IMG/VR virus record: IMGVR_UViG_3300017917_001176 | Span: 1 to 64,000 of that record | Direction: 5' to 3' (one strand) | Length of the DNA: 64,000 nt | Source of the DNA: a virus | Made by a program: the position numbers and the translations under genes | Notes under the pieces: model-generated | What the model saw: only the letters and a program-made list of their open reading frames with translations | Database searches by the model: none | Told to the model about the DNA's origin: nothing | Shown here: in pieces, positions 42,710 to 55,700 of the stretch | Numbering within the stretch: the stretch's first letter is position 1 | Layout: every line of letters begins with the position of its first letter

Positions 42710-45124
42710 TTAAATTACCTTCATGATGTAGCAAAGCGCATAGTATGGAGGTATAGTGGATACCACAACACTGTGAGTATGTGCGCCATCAGATGAAATA
42801 GTGTGATCGTGCCCTTGCCCGCCACCAGTGTTTGCTACCAATGTGCTTGTGCCGCCAGTTTGTTGACCAGCCTGGTGTATAAAGTACCCAGTTCCAGAAA
42901 CGGTTAGCACTGTGCCAGACGCTGGGTGAGTATGGTTTGGCATTTGTGCAATGCTCAGTGCTGTATTTCCAGTGATGCCTGCATGGCTGTGTGCGCCATT
43001 GCTGGCTGTAATTGCTGTGTTACTAGCTGCACCGCCCTGAGTATTAGTGTTGTATGCTGCACCTGCTCCAATTACAAATCTGTCACGCAGATCGGGTGTA
43101 CCGTTGTCTCCGTTACATAGCTGCCAACCATATGGTACATTGCTGGTAGTTCCGTACCACATCATGATCATGCCAACTGGTAACACTGTGTGTACAAACG
43201 CTGTGGTTGCCAACTGTGTGGTGTTAGCTGAAATGTTTGCAGTTGGTGCTGCGGGTGTGTTTGTAAAGGTTGGACTTGACAGTGTTGCATACTGGCTCAG
43301 GTCCAGATTAGCAATAGTACTGTTGACCCAGAATGTGCTAGCAATCTGTCCAGAGCTGTCGCCTGGAGCAGCATTTGGTGTTAGAGGAACTCCTGTAAAT
43401 GAAGGGTTCAGTATTGTGGCTCTTAATCCAATTTGTGTGTTTGCTGCATTAAGACTTGCTGTTGTTGCTGATAGATCTGTGTCTGCTCTTGCGGTCACAA
43501 ATGCTGTTGTAGCAATCATGGTATTGGCTGTGCCAGTTGGTGCAGTTGGTGCAGTTGGTGAGCCAGTTAGTGCAGCATCTTGTGCATAAGGTCTTAGAGC
43601 CACGCTTTGTGTTAGTGCTCCAAGATTGCCGTACACGTCAGTGATTATGGTACTTACTTGTCCAAATGTTTGTCTGCCAGCTGGTGCAGAATCAATCAGC
43701 GCAGTTACGTTACTGGCTAGATAGCTTCTTGTGGTGTTATCAACTGTGTCTACATAACCTTTGGTTGCAATACCTAAAGTTGCAGTTGGGTTAGCTAACA
43801 CTGTGGCCAAGCCATCAACGCCGCTGATAGTTAATACTGGTGCAGCAACGTTGGTTGAGATGTTGCTAACAAAAGCAATTCCGCCATCTCTAACAATGTT
43901 CTTTACTGTTACATTACCGTTTAAAGAATTGATCTGCAAATTACCAGCACCAAGTTCTACGTTGCCTTCAAACGTGGTCTTGCCTTCAAAACTGTTGTCA
44001 ATGGATAGTTGCGCAAATGCGTCTGCTGCTAATCCACCTAACTGTTGAGAGTTTGTTGCAGTTCCGTTGAATAAAGTAACTGCACCAGCGCCTCGTTGGA
44101 ATGTAACTGGTTCATTCTCATACACTGTGGTTGAAGTAGCCACGGTAACTGCATTGTTTCCGTACAGTGCAGAAACAGTAATACCGGCACTCAAACTCAC
44201 GTTAGCTGATGTAAAGTAGTCTCCGGTCTGTAAATTCTCAATTGATCCAACTGTGAATGTGGTCGAGCCACCTGCGCCAGTTGCAAAAGCATCAACAGTT
44301 TTTGCAATCTGAACACCGCTGGATGCTCTTGTCTGAATACCAGGCTTGATTGAACTAAAGTTTTCAATCTCGTAAGCTGGTGCTAGAGTGTATTCTAAGT
44401 CTTTGCTGATTGTGGCAACAATGGTGCCATCTGCATACACTAGATCCAACACATGTGAAATGCCGTTGACATCTAGTACTGTGGTAGGAATAATACCATT
44501 GATTCTTTGTGCGCGAGTGTAAATTGGACCAACTGTGTACCAACCAGATCCACGAGTGAATGTGATGGTGTCGTTTAAAATTACGTTTGCACTGGTAGTC
44601 AAACGCAACTGGTTGGTATTTAAAACCTGAGCAATTCGTACATCGTTTAGTGCAGGAATATTCGCATGCGTCACTGTGTCGTTGACCAACAGATCTGATG
44701 TACTGGTTATAGTAACTGTGTTGCCGGTGCTGTTTGATGTGATGTTTCTAGTGAATACTGTTTCACCTGTCCAGATTTTCAATTGATAGTTTTCTGTGTC
44801 CCACCAAAAATTACCAACTTTGGCAGTGACCGTGCTAGGTGCGCTGCTGCTAGAGGTCAAATGACTGATCAATTTCCAGCTGGTTCCAGTCCATAGACTT
44901 AGGTCGCCTGTGGTAGTTGAGAACCATAGTTGTCCACTCAGTGGGCTAGCTGGAGCAGTGCCATTGGCAAAGTTTTCCATTAACTTGACAAAGTTGTCGT
45001 TTAAGAAAACACCATATCCTGAATAGTTACGACCTACCAGCGTTACGCTGTAGTCATCATTTCTTTCAGTATCTGGTACTGTTAGTAAAGTGTCGCCATT
45101 GGTTTTTGTAATTATGTAGGCCAT
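42710..45124 (-). CDS. tail fibre protein with collar domain
   Basis: Paralogous N-terminus; TGxPTAPT..ATTAFV repeats; collar LPVGMIMMW..GWQLCNG..PDLRDRF; PPYYALCYIMK. Confidence 0.8.
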   Translation of the reverse strand: MAYIITKTNGDTLLTVPDTERNDDYSVTLVGRNYSGYGVFLNDNFVKLMENFANGTAPASPLSGQLWFSTTTGDLSLWTGTSWKLISHLTSSSSAPSTVTAKVGNFWWDTENYQLKIWTGETVFTRNITSNSTGNTVTITSTSDLLVNDTVTHANIPALNDVRIAQVLNTNQLRLTTSANVILNDTITFTRGSGWYTVGPIYTRAQRINGIIPTTVLDVNGISHVLDLVYADGTIVATISKDLEYTLAPAYEIENFSSIKPGIQTRASSGVQIAKTVDAFATGAGGSTTFTVGSIENLQTGDYFTSANVSLSAGITVSALYGNNAVTVATSTTVYENEPVTFQRGAGAVTLFNGTATNSQQLGGLAADAFAQLSIDNSFEGKTTFEGNVELGAGNLQINSLNGNVTVKNIVRDGGIAFVSNISTNVAAPVLTISGVDGLATVLANPTATLGIATKGYVDTVDNTTRSYLASNVTALIDSAPAGRQTFGQVSTIITDVYGNLGALTQSVALRPYAQDAALTGSPTAPTAPTGTANTMIATTAFVTARADTDLSATTASLNAANTQIGLRATILNPSFTGVPLTPNAAPGDSSGQIASTFWVNSTIANLDLSQYATLSSPTFTNTPAAPTANISANTTQLATTAFVHTVLPVGMIMMWYGTTSNVPYGWQLCNGDNGTPDLRDRFVIGAGAAYNTNTQGGAASNTAITASNGAHSHAGITGNTALSIAQMPNHTHPASGTVLTVSGTGYFIHQAGQQTGGTSTLVANTGGGQGHDHTISSDGAHTHSVVVSTIPPYYALCYIMKVI

Positions 45125-45130
45125 TTGCTA

Positions 45131-45811
45131 TTATCCTATTGCACTCAAATTGGTCAGCGTCTGAATACGCACAGTGTAATCAATTTGAATCAGTCGATTC
45201 AAACTCTTTTGCACTGGATGGAAAATCACGTGAGTAAGTAATTTTCCTGTACCTGCGGTACCGTCAATTGCACGAGCTTTGATTCCTAGCTCGTCAAAGG
45301 TAAATGTGTCGTTTAGTGTGGTGCTGTTGTCAAACACGCTTTGAGTTGCAGGCTCACCGTAGTCCAGTAAGCAGCTGATAATGATATCGCTGTATGCGTT
45401 GCCTGGCACGTGTCGCACCTGCATTTTGTTGTTGGTTGGATCAGAATTGTTGCTGTCTGTGTCGTCTACAATTTTGTAATAAGTTGGGTTGTACAGGGTA
45501 GCATTTACCGAAGTGGTGTTTGGAATCAAATATGTGATCACCCCAGTGCTGTCCACAGCACTACCACCGTTTCCAAAGTGCATTTCGTACATGTACTGTT
45601 GGTCTCTGTGACTCAGTGCATACGCAATTGCTTCACTCATATTTTCATAGTGAATAGCGTTGGCCTTGTCCACTAGCACAACAGGTGCATCTTTGTCGGT
45701 TACGTCTGAAATTTTAATGTGCCCACGCACATAAATTCCGCCAAATTCGTTTGGGCGTTGAGATTTTTCCATTGGTGCCTCGGGCTGCTTATTTTCTGAT
45801 AAATTGTTCAT
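45131..45811 (-). CDS. virion structural (baseplate/tail-associated) protein
   Basis: FTFDELG..LLTHVIFHPVQKSLNR; structural context; RBS AAGGA before 45811. Confidence 0.65.
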   Translation of the reverse strand: MNNLSENKQPEAPMEKSQRPNEFGGIYVRGHIKISDVTDKDAPVVLVDKANAIHYENMSEAIAYALSHRDQQYMYEMHFGNGGSAVDSTGVITYLIPNTTSVNATLYNPTYYKIVDDTDSNNSDPTNNKMQVRHVPGNAYSDIIISCLLDYGEPATQSVFDNSTTLNDTFTFDELGIKARAIDGTAGTGKLLTHVIFHPVQKSLNRLIQIDYTVRIQTLTNLSAIG

Positions 45812-45837
45812 ATCCTTATTTAGCATGACTATCAATC

Positions 45838-46713
45838 CTAAGAACTAAGTGTTTGTAAGCCTAAAATACTAATCAAGTTTCCAGCGGTTAAATTGCCAGA
45901 AATTGTGCTGTTTGTGGTTCCGCCCACAGTTCGCGTGAGATTAGTTAGGGTGCTGTTTGCTGTCCATACTTTTTCATACCAAATTACTTCTGCTCGTACC
46001 CGTACAGCTCCCACAGTGGGACGGCTGTTGAATTCTATATATTCGCCGGCAGCAAAAGTAACGTTGCCCGTGAGCCCAGATACTTGTACCACGCTGTTTT
46101 GAGAAAATATTTTGGATACTTTAACTAGATTTGGCAGGTCAATTTCAGCAGCAACATTTGCAGTACTCAGCACTGATCCAATGTAAACATTGTCCAAGGT
46201 CTCTAAGGGTAGCAGTATAGTATTTGCAGTGATGCTGCTGGATGTAGTACGTATGGTTCTAATAAATGCTGTTTTTGGGTACAGGTATAATGTTTCGCCT
46301 GATGTAATAGTAGCATTGCCCACACTACCTTGTAGCAATATATTGCTGTTTGAAAATATCTTGACCACTGAAACATTTGCAGCAGTGGTGATATTTGCTG
46401 TCACAGCCTGACTGCCCAAAGTGATTGTGGAAGTAGACGATACAGGAACCAGTAGCACATTTGATAGCAGACTGTTAGCGGTAACTGTGCTGTTGGCAGT
46501 AATCCCGCTGGGATCCGGAAACAGCGAAATATTGCTCACAATAATCTCAGCGTTTGCAAAATTGGTTAAGTTGCCTGCAAGGTAATCGTACTTGGGCAAT
46601 CTTGGATCTGTATTCGTGGTGTACGCAGGGTATGTACGCAAGAATATGCTTTCCAGCGTATTGCTTGCATACAAGCCTGTTCCAGTTACAGTAACGTTAT
46701 TGGTTAATGCCAT
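45838..46713 (-). CDS. putative structural protein (beta-rich)
   Basis: 291 aa, T/S/N/V-rich, lies between structural genes. Confidence 0.6.
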   Translation of the reverse strand: MALTNNVTVTGTGLYASNTLESIFLRTYPAYTTNTDPRLPKYDYLAGNLTNFANAEIIVSNISLFPDPSGITANSTVTANSLLSNVLLVPVSSTSTITLGSQAVTANITTAANVSVVKIFSNSNILLQGSVGNATITSGETLYLYPKTAFIRTIRTTSSSITANTILLPLETLDNVYIGSVLSTANVAAEIDLPNLVKVSKIFSQNSVVQVSGLTGNVTFAAGEYIEFNSRPTVGAVRVRAEVIWYEKVWTANSTLTNLTRTVGGTTNSTISGNLTAGNLISILGLQTLSS

Positions 46714-46720
46714 TTTTCAC

Positions 46721-49700
46721 CTAGGGTCTTTCAAGCCAGATAGTACCTTGTGGTACACTGGAGATTATTGTGCTTTGATACGTTGCAGTATTTGCATTAC
46801 CAGAGAAGCCATTGTTGACTTCAAGGTCTTGTGTAATACTCAACACCGTATCACGAGTGATAATTTGTTCAGCACTTGCATCAGTAATTATGCTGCCCAC
46901 AGGGTGAGCTAACGGAATACTGGTTCTTGCAGCACCACGTCTGATATCAGTCAGTACATTGCGTCCATAATCAATACCAAAGTAATTGATCTTTTCTGCA
47001 TTGATCCAAATAGATCCAGGCTGGTTCTGAGAAGCATTTGGCTCTGGCAGCTTGGCCACATCGTCGACTGCAACTTCTTCTGAATCGTAACTGAGTTCGC
47101 TGGTCAGTATCACTGTGTTAGCAGCTGGCAAACGATAATACACTGTTGGCAATTTGTAATCTGTGAATGCTTTGTAAGCAATCACATTACCGTAGTCAAC
47201 ATTACCATTTACAACATTGGCCGTGAACACGTTCATTTGCAGACTATCAATCACTTGTCCAGGTACCAGTTCTTCTGGTGCATGGCTGCTGAATGTGTCA
47301 ATGTACTTGCCGCCGTTGATGGTAATATCTTCAGGGCGTGTGCCTAGTTCGTTATCAGTGTAAACGCTGGTGATCTGTGTATCCAGGCTCAGAATGTCTG
47401 TTGCTGTTTCTGTATACGGTTGTCCAATTACTCGTGCGCCTGGATAACTGGTACCTGGAACTAGATCTGGAATATCCTTTGCCAGATGATCCAGTACACC
47501 ACCAATGGTATAAGACTTGGTGCTGGTAATTGCCACACCACCTAGTATGCCCAGTGTAGTGTTAGCTTCCAATGTGTACCCTGCACCCAGTGTGGCAGTA
47601 TTTGCAAACGCCAGTGTGTAGGTATCCTTGTTCAAGAACTGTGTGGTTCTCAATTGCAGTTTGGTACCAGTGGTGTCAAAGAATGTTACCAATGCACCAG
47701 CTGGAATATTTGCTGTGAACGGTGTGTTCAGTTGCACTGTGGTTGTGTTCACACTCACGCTGTTGTAGTCAATGTTAACATCTTTACCACTGCTTCGTGC
47801 ATACTGCCATGTAAAGTTTGCAAAGCGACCAACTTGTTTAACTCTTGCACCAGTTGGCATGCCTGTACCTGAAATGGTCCAGTTGCCTAATACTTTGGTA
47901 TAATTGTCTACATAGACAATGTTGTCGCCTTTGCTTGCAGCTCTACTGGTTACCAACTGTATGCTTGCACTGTTTGGTCCAGTGAATGTTAGTGTTGTTC
48001 CAGATGGAATATCATCAACAAATCCGTAACTGAATGACACACGTTGATTAACGCCTGCAGAAACTGTGGCTGTTGCAAATGCAATGGCAATTGACCACAG
48101 TGTGGTTTCTGCATTGTAACTGACTCCTGTTACCAAACTATCGTCTGGTAGCAAGGATGCAGTGACTGTCATGCCTGCAAATACTTCGCCTGCTAGGTCT
48201 GTGGATGGAATCAGCACGGTCAACGATGTTGCATCTGTTACTGCGTCCCAGTCAGCTGATGGAGTTCTTGTACCTGCAGACAACACAGGATTAACTGCGC
48301 CCAGCTCAATGTAAGCTTCACTTTGTACGCCCGGGTAACCCCAGATGATTGTACTTTCGTTGCCTACAACCACAAACTTTTCACCGTCCCAGGTTACGTC
48401 TGAGAAGTTGATAGTCTTAACTGCGGCAGGACTCAGTGGGCTGATAAAATTATCAGCGTTGAATGCTCTGAAGTTTTTAAACACTTCAATACCGTAGTTA
48501 ACCACAGTTTTACCAATAGTGTCACTGCCTAGTTCTGCTGCGCCTGATCTGAGTTGTACTGGACTATCTAACTTGTTCCAGATCAGTGTACCAGCTGAAC
48601 CAACTGCCACCAACCAACGATCTGTTTCGCCACTGAGTGCAATAGCATTGATCTGTTGTCCACTTACACCATCGCCTTGTCCAATTACATCAATTGGGGC
48701 TTTCATTTCAATCCATGGGTAAGCACTGTCTCCAGCTTTGCCTGCATCGTAGTTGTAGCCTTTGGCATAACCCAACAGCGCATCTTCTAATCTAGCATAG
48801 CTGGTAATAAAGAAGTTACCGTTGTTGCCTGCTGCAATTACAAAACCTTGTTGCAAGCGATTGTTGCTGGTACCACTGGTTGTAAAGTATCCTGAGTCTT
48901 GCAGATCCACTGCATAGGTTGTTCCGTTGTTGTCAGTTAGGTCGCCAAATGATTGAGAGAACAATGTCAGGAACTGTATTGGAGTTCCATAAATTGTAGG
49001 CTGTGGTTTCGCACTGTACCAACCTTGATCCAGATCCAATGAAGTATCATACGGATTCATCAGTATGTTGCTACCGTTACCTGCTGCAATCACGTAGTTG
49101 CCTCTGGTGCCAGTTACTTCGGCCACTGCTGTAAAGTCAATTGCCTGACTTGCATTCAACAGTGTACTACCAGAAGTGTTGTCAATGGTTGGTGAGAACT
49201 GATATTCAGTTACAACTTCTTTTGACCAATCCACTGCATTATCACTGGTGAGCAGTGTGGCTTGATTACCAACTGCAATCCAAGTGGTTCCATTGAACAA
49301 ACAAGCATCGCGAAGATTAATTTGGTTCTCTGAAATAAATGCAACTACCCAGTTTGTGCTGTTCTTGCTCAGTGCGATCAGTCCGCGATTACCAACAGCA
49401 ATGTATTGATATTCGTGTGTTGCTGGAACAACACCGCTGTGTTTTACTGCGTTCCACTCATTGCCCTGCGAGCTAACTGCGTCATTGGTATTACTGTCAT
49501 CCAAACGATTGGTATCTGGACTGCTGTACAATGTAGCAATATCTGGAGTACCAGGTTGATTGTATGCAGCCACACGGTCAATTGCATTGTCAATGTCTGA
49601 ACCACGTAATTTTTGTACTACAGTTTCATCGTCAAAAATATTCAAGTTCAGAGTATCTGTGCCCAACACAGTTTTTATTGCTAGGTACACGTTGTTGTAA

Positions 49701-52700
49701 CGTGGTAGCAATTGGTCTGGCAAGTTAGCAAACAGTGTTTTTGTAACATCTGGTACCACAATGATGTCCCCAGGATGATATGTGGTGTATGGCTTCCACA
49801 TACGTACTTTGGAAACATAAGTGGTTCTATCAAAACTCAATGTGGTTGTGATAGTTCTCACAGTCTTGTTTTGAGTAGAAATGTTCACGTTTGCAGAACT
49901 TCCACTCAGTACCACATAAGCACGAGCACCAAATCCGCCGCCGCCAGTGAATGTCACAGTTGGGGTTGTGGTGTAACCTGATCCGGCTGTTACAATATCA
50001 ATTTCTGTAACTTGTCCAGCTGGGTTAATGATTGCGGTTGCGGTTGCACCTGTACCATTACCGCTGATAGTAACAGTTGGAGCTCTTACATATCCTTCGC
50101 CGCCGTCTATAACAATAATAGACTGTACGCTGTATTTGTAATTGTTTAACCAATTAACTGATGCTGAAGCTGCAATAGCGTTAGCATCGCGAGGTACGTT
50201 GATGTTCAGTGGACGATAGGTTCCAGTTATGCTGTCATACACTGATGGGAAGTCAAAGTCGGTGCTGTCAGCCACTGCATATTCAAGGCCTTCATAATCT
50301 AATAGATACTCACGCACCTGTGTACGATATGGTTTAACTTCGTTAATATACTGTTCAAAGTAATCCTGTTGATCTCTGGTGTATGCTGCAAACTGTTCCA
50401 GTTTACGAATCTTATGAACCACAGATACAAAGCTGGTCTTAATTAACCAATCTACATTTTTCTGTTCACTTAAGATGTAGTTGATTAATACAAAGAACAA
50501 TTTGTTAATTTCAACGCTGTCTGTGTTGGTTAATATTCCATCAAACATGCCTTGAATAATATTGCGCAGTTCAATGGCATTGGTCTTGGCAAAACCAATG
50601 TTATCAAAACCAGTGTTGTCAAATCCAACCAATGACAGGTCAGTGTTATACAACGATTCGTTCAGTTGTATTGTTCCGTTTTGAGCACCAACAATTACTG
50701 GAGCAAGTGTAGAGTCAATTGCATATAATTCAAAGTTACCGTTGCCATCATCCAGTACCTTGATAACATCGCCTTCTGCTGCTGATGTTACTGTGGCAAT
50801 ATCCTTGAATTCCTGCACAATGTAGTCCACTTGTGTTTGGTCGTTGTAACCGGTTGTGTACCAGTTAGCATAACTCCAGTATCGGTTAGAGTCATAACTT
50901 TGAATTCTGTTCAAACTCCACTGAGGAGTGTTGGCTTCTGTAAATTCGTATATGGTCCAGTAGCCTTCGTTTTCGCCGTCGTTCAATACCAATACCTTGT
51001 AGCCGTCAATCAAGCCAGCAACCGGAATATAGTTTAATTCATCATAGGTATTCACAACCTGGTTATAGAAACCAGCTGCATCTGGAGGAACTGGTTCCTG
51101 TGCTTGTAGTCCTGTTAGATCTTTGGATCTAACAATTAGATTTTCTGCAAGGAATCGGTTCAAGTAACCTACAAAAATTTGAATTGCTTTTGCAGGATTC
51201 TTTATCATGGTCTGACGAGGACGAACACCAACGCCAACCTGATTGTTTTCTTTCAGACGTAGATCAGGAACAACTTCACCCACACTGTTTTCGCCGCTGA
51301 GACTGTCAATCAGTTTGCTGATGTATTTCTCTGGAACTTGACTCAACGGGTTATTCTGTTGTACCAGCTCGTACTCGCTGTGTGCAATGTTCTCATTGAG
51401 AGTGCGAGCATATTCAATCTTTAAGATAATATCACTTGCACTCAAGTAATTGTTTACATTGTACAAGCTGAATGCGTTAGATGCCACAACCGCAACGTAA
51501 GGAATATCTTGTCCACGTGGATCTTGAATAAAGTCTGCAATCGCAGCCACACTGCTGGTACGAGTGGTATATGACGACTCAATGTTGGTCTTGTTCTTTA
51601 CCCAATAGTAGTACTTGGTTTTAATCAACCCAGACTGACTATCGTAGAACGACTGCTCCACATACGCACTGTCATCTGCATATTTGGCTTCTCCGTTGTT
51701 TGTGGCAGCGTACTGACTAGGCAGTACTAGGCTCTCAACCCACTCACATACTTCAATTGTGCTGCCTGGGAACAATTGACCCCAGTAGGTCACACGATAG
51801 TTGATGTCACCTTGCTCGTAATCAATATAACGACATGTGTCTAGATTCCACCAGGTTCTACCAACTTGAACTTCATTCCAAGAACTGTTGGTGTCGTATG
51901 TTACTGCTGACACTGTGGTACGGTTGTACACTGCTGGGTCATATGCGGTTTTGTAATCTAGGTCTTGATCTGCTACGCCTAGTATTTTGCCTTTGACTGG
52001 ATCAAAATAATCTAGGTCAGTTACAATCAGCTGAGTGTTTTGATCATACAAGAACGCCTGGTTGATGTAGTCAATGTCTACCTTGTCTCCACGCTCACGC
52101 AGTTTTACCCAACCTTTGCTCAGTGTTGGGTTAGTAAACAGATGCACTGCACCTGCATCTTCACGATAGTAATCGCTGCGAGTTGAACCAACCACAACCC
52201 AATCGTTGTTAATTGCAATACCAGAACCAAAGTTATCATTGAACAAGATCAATGAGTTTTGTAGAACTTGATTGTATAGATACTGACTTGGCTCAGACAG
52301 TGTTTCGCCAGGAATTGGCAAATAATCATACACGTATACTGCACCAGAGTTCTTTAGTACGTCAATGAATCGTGTGGTATCACGATCAAACAGGGTACTT
52401 AGATTATCAAATGTACTGGTTTTCAGTGTTGCGCCGCCCAAGCTGCTTACTAATAAAGATTCTCCAGTGGTATTATCTACTTTTACAATAGTACCAAACT
52501 TTTCAGGAGTTCCAGAATCTGGGTGCTCAAATATCTGCACCTGTTTGTAGATCTTTAATCCTAGGTCTGATAGGCCTGTTCCTACGCCTGGTAAAATATT
52601 AATGCGCTTGTCTTTAGAACGCTCGGTTGTATAGATTTTCAACGGCGAACGACTCACTGTAACTGTTGCCAGTGCTGTGGTTGTATTTGCGCCAGTGATT

Positions 52701-55700
52701 GCTACATTTGGTGCGAAGGTGTATCCTGAACCAGGATCGGTTACTTGATAGGTGTTAATTGCGCCATTTGCAAACAATGTGAAATTGCTAATAACTGCCT
52801 GACGTCCTTCAGTCTGGTCAGGTGGATCAATTACCGCAGCAATGTTTGCTTCAAAGTAGCCAGTTCCAAGCACTGGACGATTGTTTTCATCACGCAAAAA
52901 TTCTAATCCGCTGATACCGTCAGTCCTTGCTGCAACGCCAGTGATGTTCTTACTGTTCAGGTTCTTAACAGCACGTTCAGTTACTCCGCCAGTTGATGTT
53001 AATACCACTTCGACATCGTTGATTCTAATGGTGTCACCTAGAGTTGCATTTGGGCTACTGGTTTCAGCTGAGATTGCTCCAAAATTCAAGGCTTGATTTA
53101 GATATCTGTAAACTCTACCATTGTAGTAATTAACGTTTCTATATCCTGGTGCACCAACAAAGATGTTAAGATTGTTAGGACTGATTGCCACTGTGGCACC
53201 ATAGAATGCTCGTGCAACAGGATCTGGATTCTCTATGTCTTGAATCAAGTTGAAATGATTGGTATCAACTTTGATTCTTGCGCCGTTACGTGGAACAATA
53301 TTAAATGCAATAGTTGCACCTGACACTGTGAAGTCAATGCCTTCAAATACTTCAATATCATCAATCGTAACCTTGGCCACTTGGTTAACTGTTTGTGTAG
53401 CAGTAAAGATTGCACCGCTAACACCCGAGCCTGTGAACACCTGATAGGATCTATCAAATACCCAAACTTTTCCAGCTTTGGCAATATCGTCTGTGCCATC
53501 GTTCACAGTGACCTCTGGTGCTCCAACCACAACCTGATATCCGCTTTCTGTTGTGGCAATAGAAGATCCAAACTTACCAATTCTGGTAATGGCTCGATTT
53601 TCTACACCGCGTAACCCAAACCCTGGCGTTGACAATTTTGCATAGATTTCAAAATCATCAAATGTACCATCTGCTTGCTTGTTTAACACCTTGATCAGAT
53701 CGTTTGTGGTCCAGGTGCCCGCTTCCATGTCCGCATAGGTATCCACAGTTCCAGCCAGTGGAATTCTATCATAATCGCTTGCACTGTAACCATTTTCCCA
53801 CAATACCTGTCCGCTTGGTTCTAGTGTATCTACTAGCACATAGTATGAATTTAGAACAATAACTGAAACAGATGCCTGCCCTGCAAATTCTTTGGTCAAG
53901 AAGGTTAATGTTACACCAGCAATATTATAGTCAAGACCTTTTACATACACACGACCATCGGCACCAACCACGCTCAGCTGGTCGATTTCAATCGGAGTAG
54001 TGTTCAATACGTATGATGTTTGTAGTACACCACGAATTGTAGTTGGCACTATAACTGTGGTTGGATACAACTGAGAAACATAAATTGCTGTTTCGTTTGC
54101 AATGGTTTCAAAATTTGTAAATGTCAATGAACCAGCTACAACAACATAGTCAAATCCTGGCTCATATTTCTTTCCTGAGCCACCAACCACTTTAACTTCG
54201 GCATTGGTCTTTACTAATACAAAATTAGTCAGGTAACTGAACTCGCCTGGCACCACTGTGATTTTTTGTGAGTTAGTTGGAGTGAGCTTACGTGCATACA
54301 CATACACACGGTTGGCACCTGGTGCGCCAACATACAACCAACGTTGATCTTTGGTAGTAGCAAGTGCATGCCCATAACGATCCTCTGGATTCAGTTCCAG
54401 TGGGTGTAGTACCTGCGTTGGTTGCCATACTGTTCCGCCGTTTTGTGCAATTGACACTGCACCTTTGCCGTCAAATGATCCTGGCGCACCTACAAATGCA
54501 ACGTCGTATCCAATATCTAATGTGTACCCAAACTCGCTGGCATCAGGGCCAAACGATGGAACGTTTTGAATTTGAGTGAATGTTCCTTCGCCGTATTGGA
54601 ATGCTTTAACAAGACCTGTACTGAAAATAACGTCTAGTTCAACTCCTGTTCCGGTAGCATCGTTACTGGTGTCAGTGACTGTAACACTAGGTGCCGCGGT
54701 ATAGCCAAGACCATATGCTCTAATTGTAACACTGGTAATAGACTGATTGGTTACGTTTACATTACCAGATGCACCTGTTCCGGTGTTGTCGTTGGTATGT
54801 GTGCTAACCAGCAATCGTGGATGACGATAGTCTCTACCTTCGCCTGCTACTACAAAGTCTTTTACAGTGCTAGGAGTAAGTCTAGCTTCTAATATGGCGC
54901 CATGGTTTACGTTTGTAGTAATCAAATTAACTGTAGGAGGATATGTATAACCTGAGCCTGCAGAAGTAAGAATTACTTCGTCAATTGCACCATTTTGATC
55001 CAGCGTCACATAACCTGCTGCGCCAGATCCGTCGCCGCCAATCAGTTCAATGATTGGGTTTGTTGTGAAGCCACCACCGCCATTGATCACCACAATGTTG
55101 GCCAGTGTGGTTGGAGTTAGTCTAGCCTGTACATTACCACCAGTACCTCTAGTGAACGTTAAGGTGCCGCCACTGCGATAACTGATATTTGAGTTCAGTA
55201 CAACAGAACTGCTACCAGTTCCAACTTCTTTAACAGTGGTACTGATAGTGTTACCAAATCCGTCGGATCCAGTAACTGTGTCGTTTACATACACGCGACT
55301 GTGCGTGAATGCCAGTGTTTGTGTGTTTACGTTGGACCAAGTGACATTACTGGTCAGTGTGATCACGTTGGTTGCATAGTTAATGTTTGCAACCAATACT
55401 GTAACTGGTATAGTGTTTCCGGTGCCATCATTACCAAACACTGTGTCACCAACCCATAGATCATTAACACTGTTTAATGTAAGATTTTTAGATTCACTGG
55501 CATTGGTTAAAGGAGTCTTGTTAACCGACACTGTCAACGAACTCAAAGTCACAACGTTAGAATTAATAACATTGCCATTCACAGTTCCTGTGCTGGTATC
55601 ATAAACTTCTACGTTTGGAGTCAGCTGGTAACCACTGCCTGAGGTATTTGTACGACCATACAACAAGGTACCGCTGGTTTCGTTGAAATCTGCTACAGCA

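Noticed and set aside
40604-45124. Diversity-generating retroelement acting on tail fibres
   Set aside because: No reverse transcriptase and no TR/VR repeat pair seen in the window
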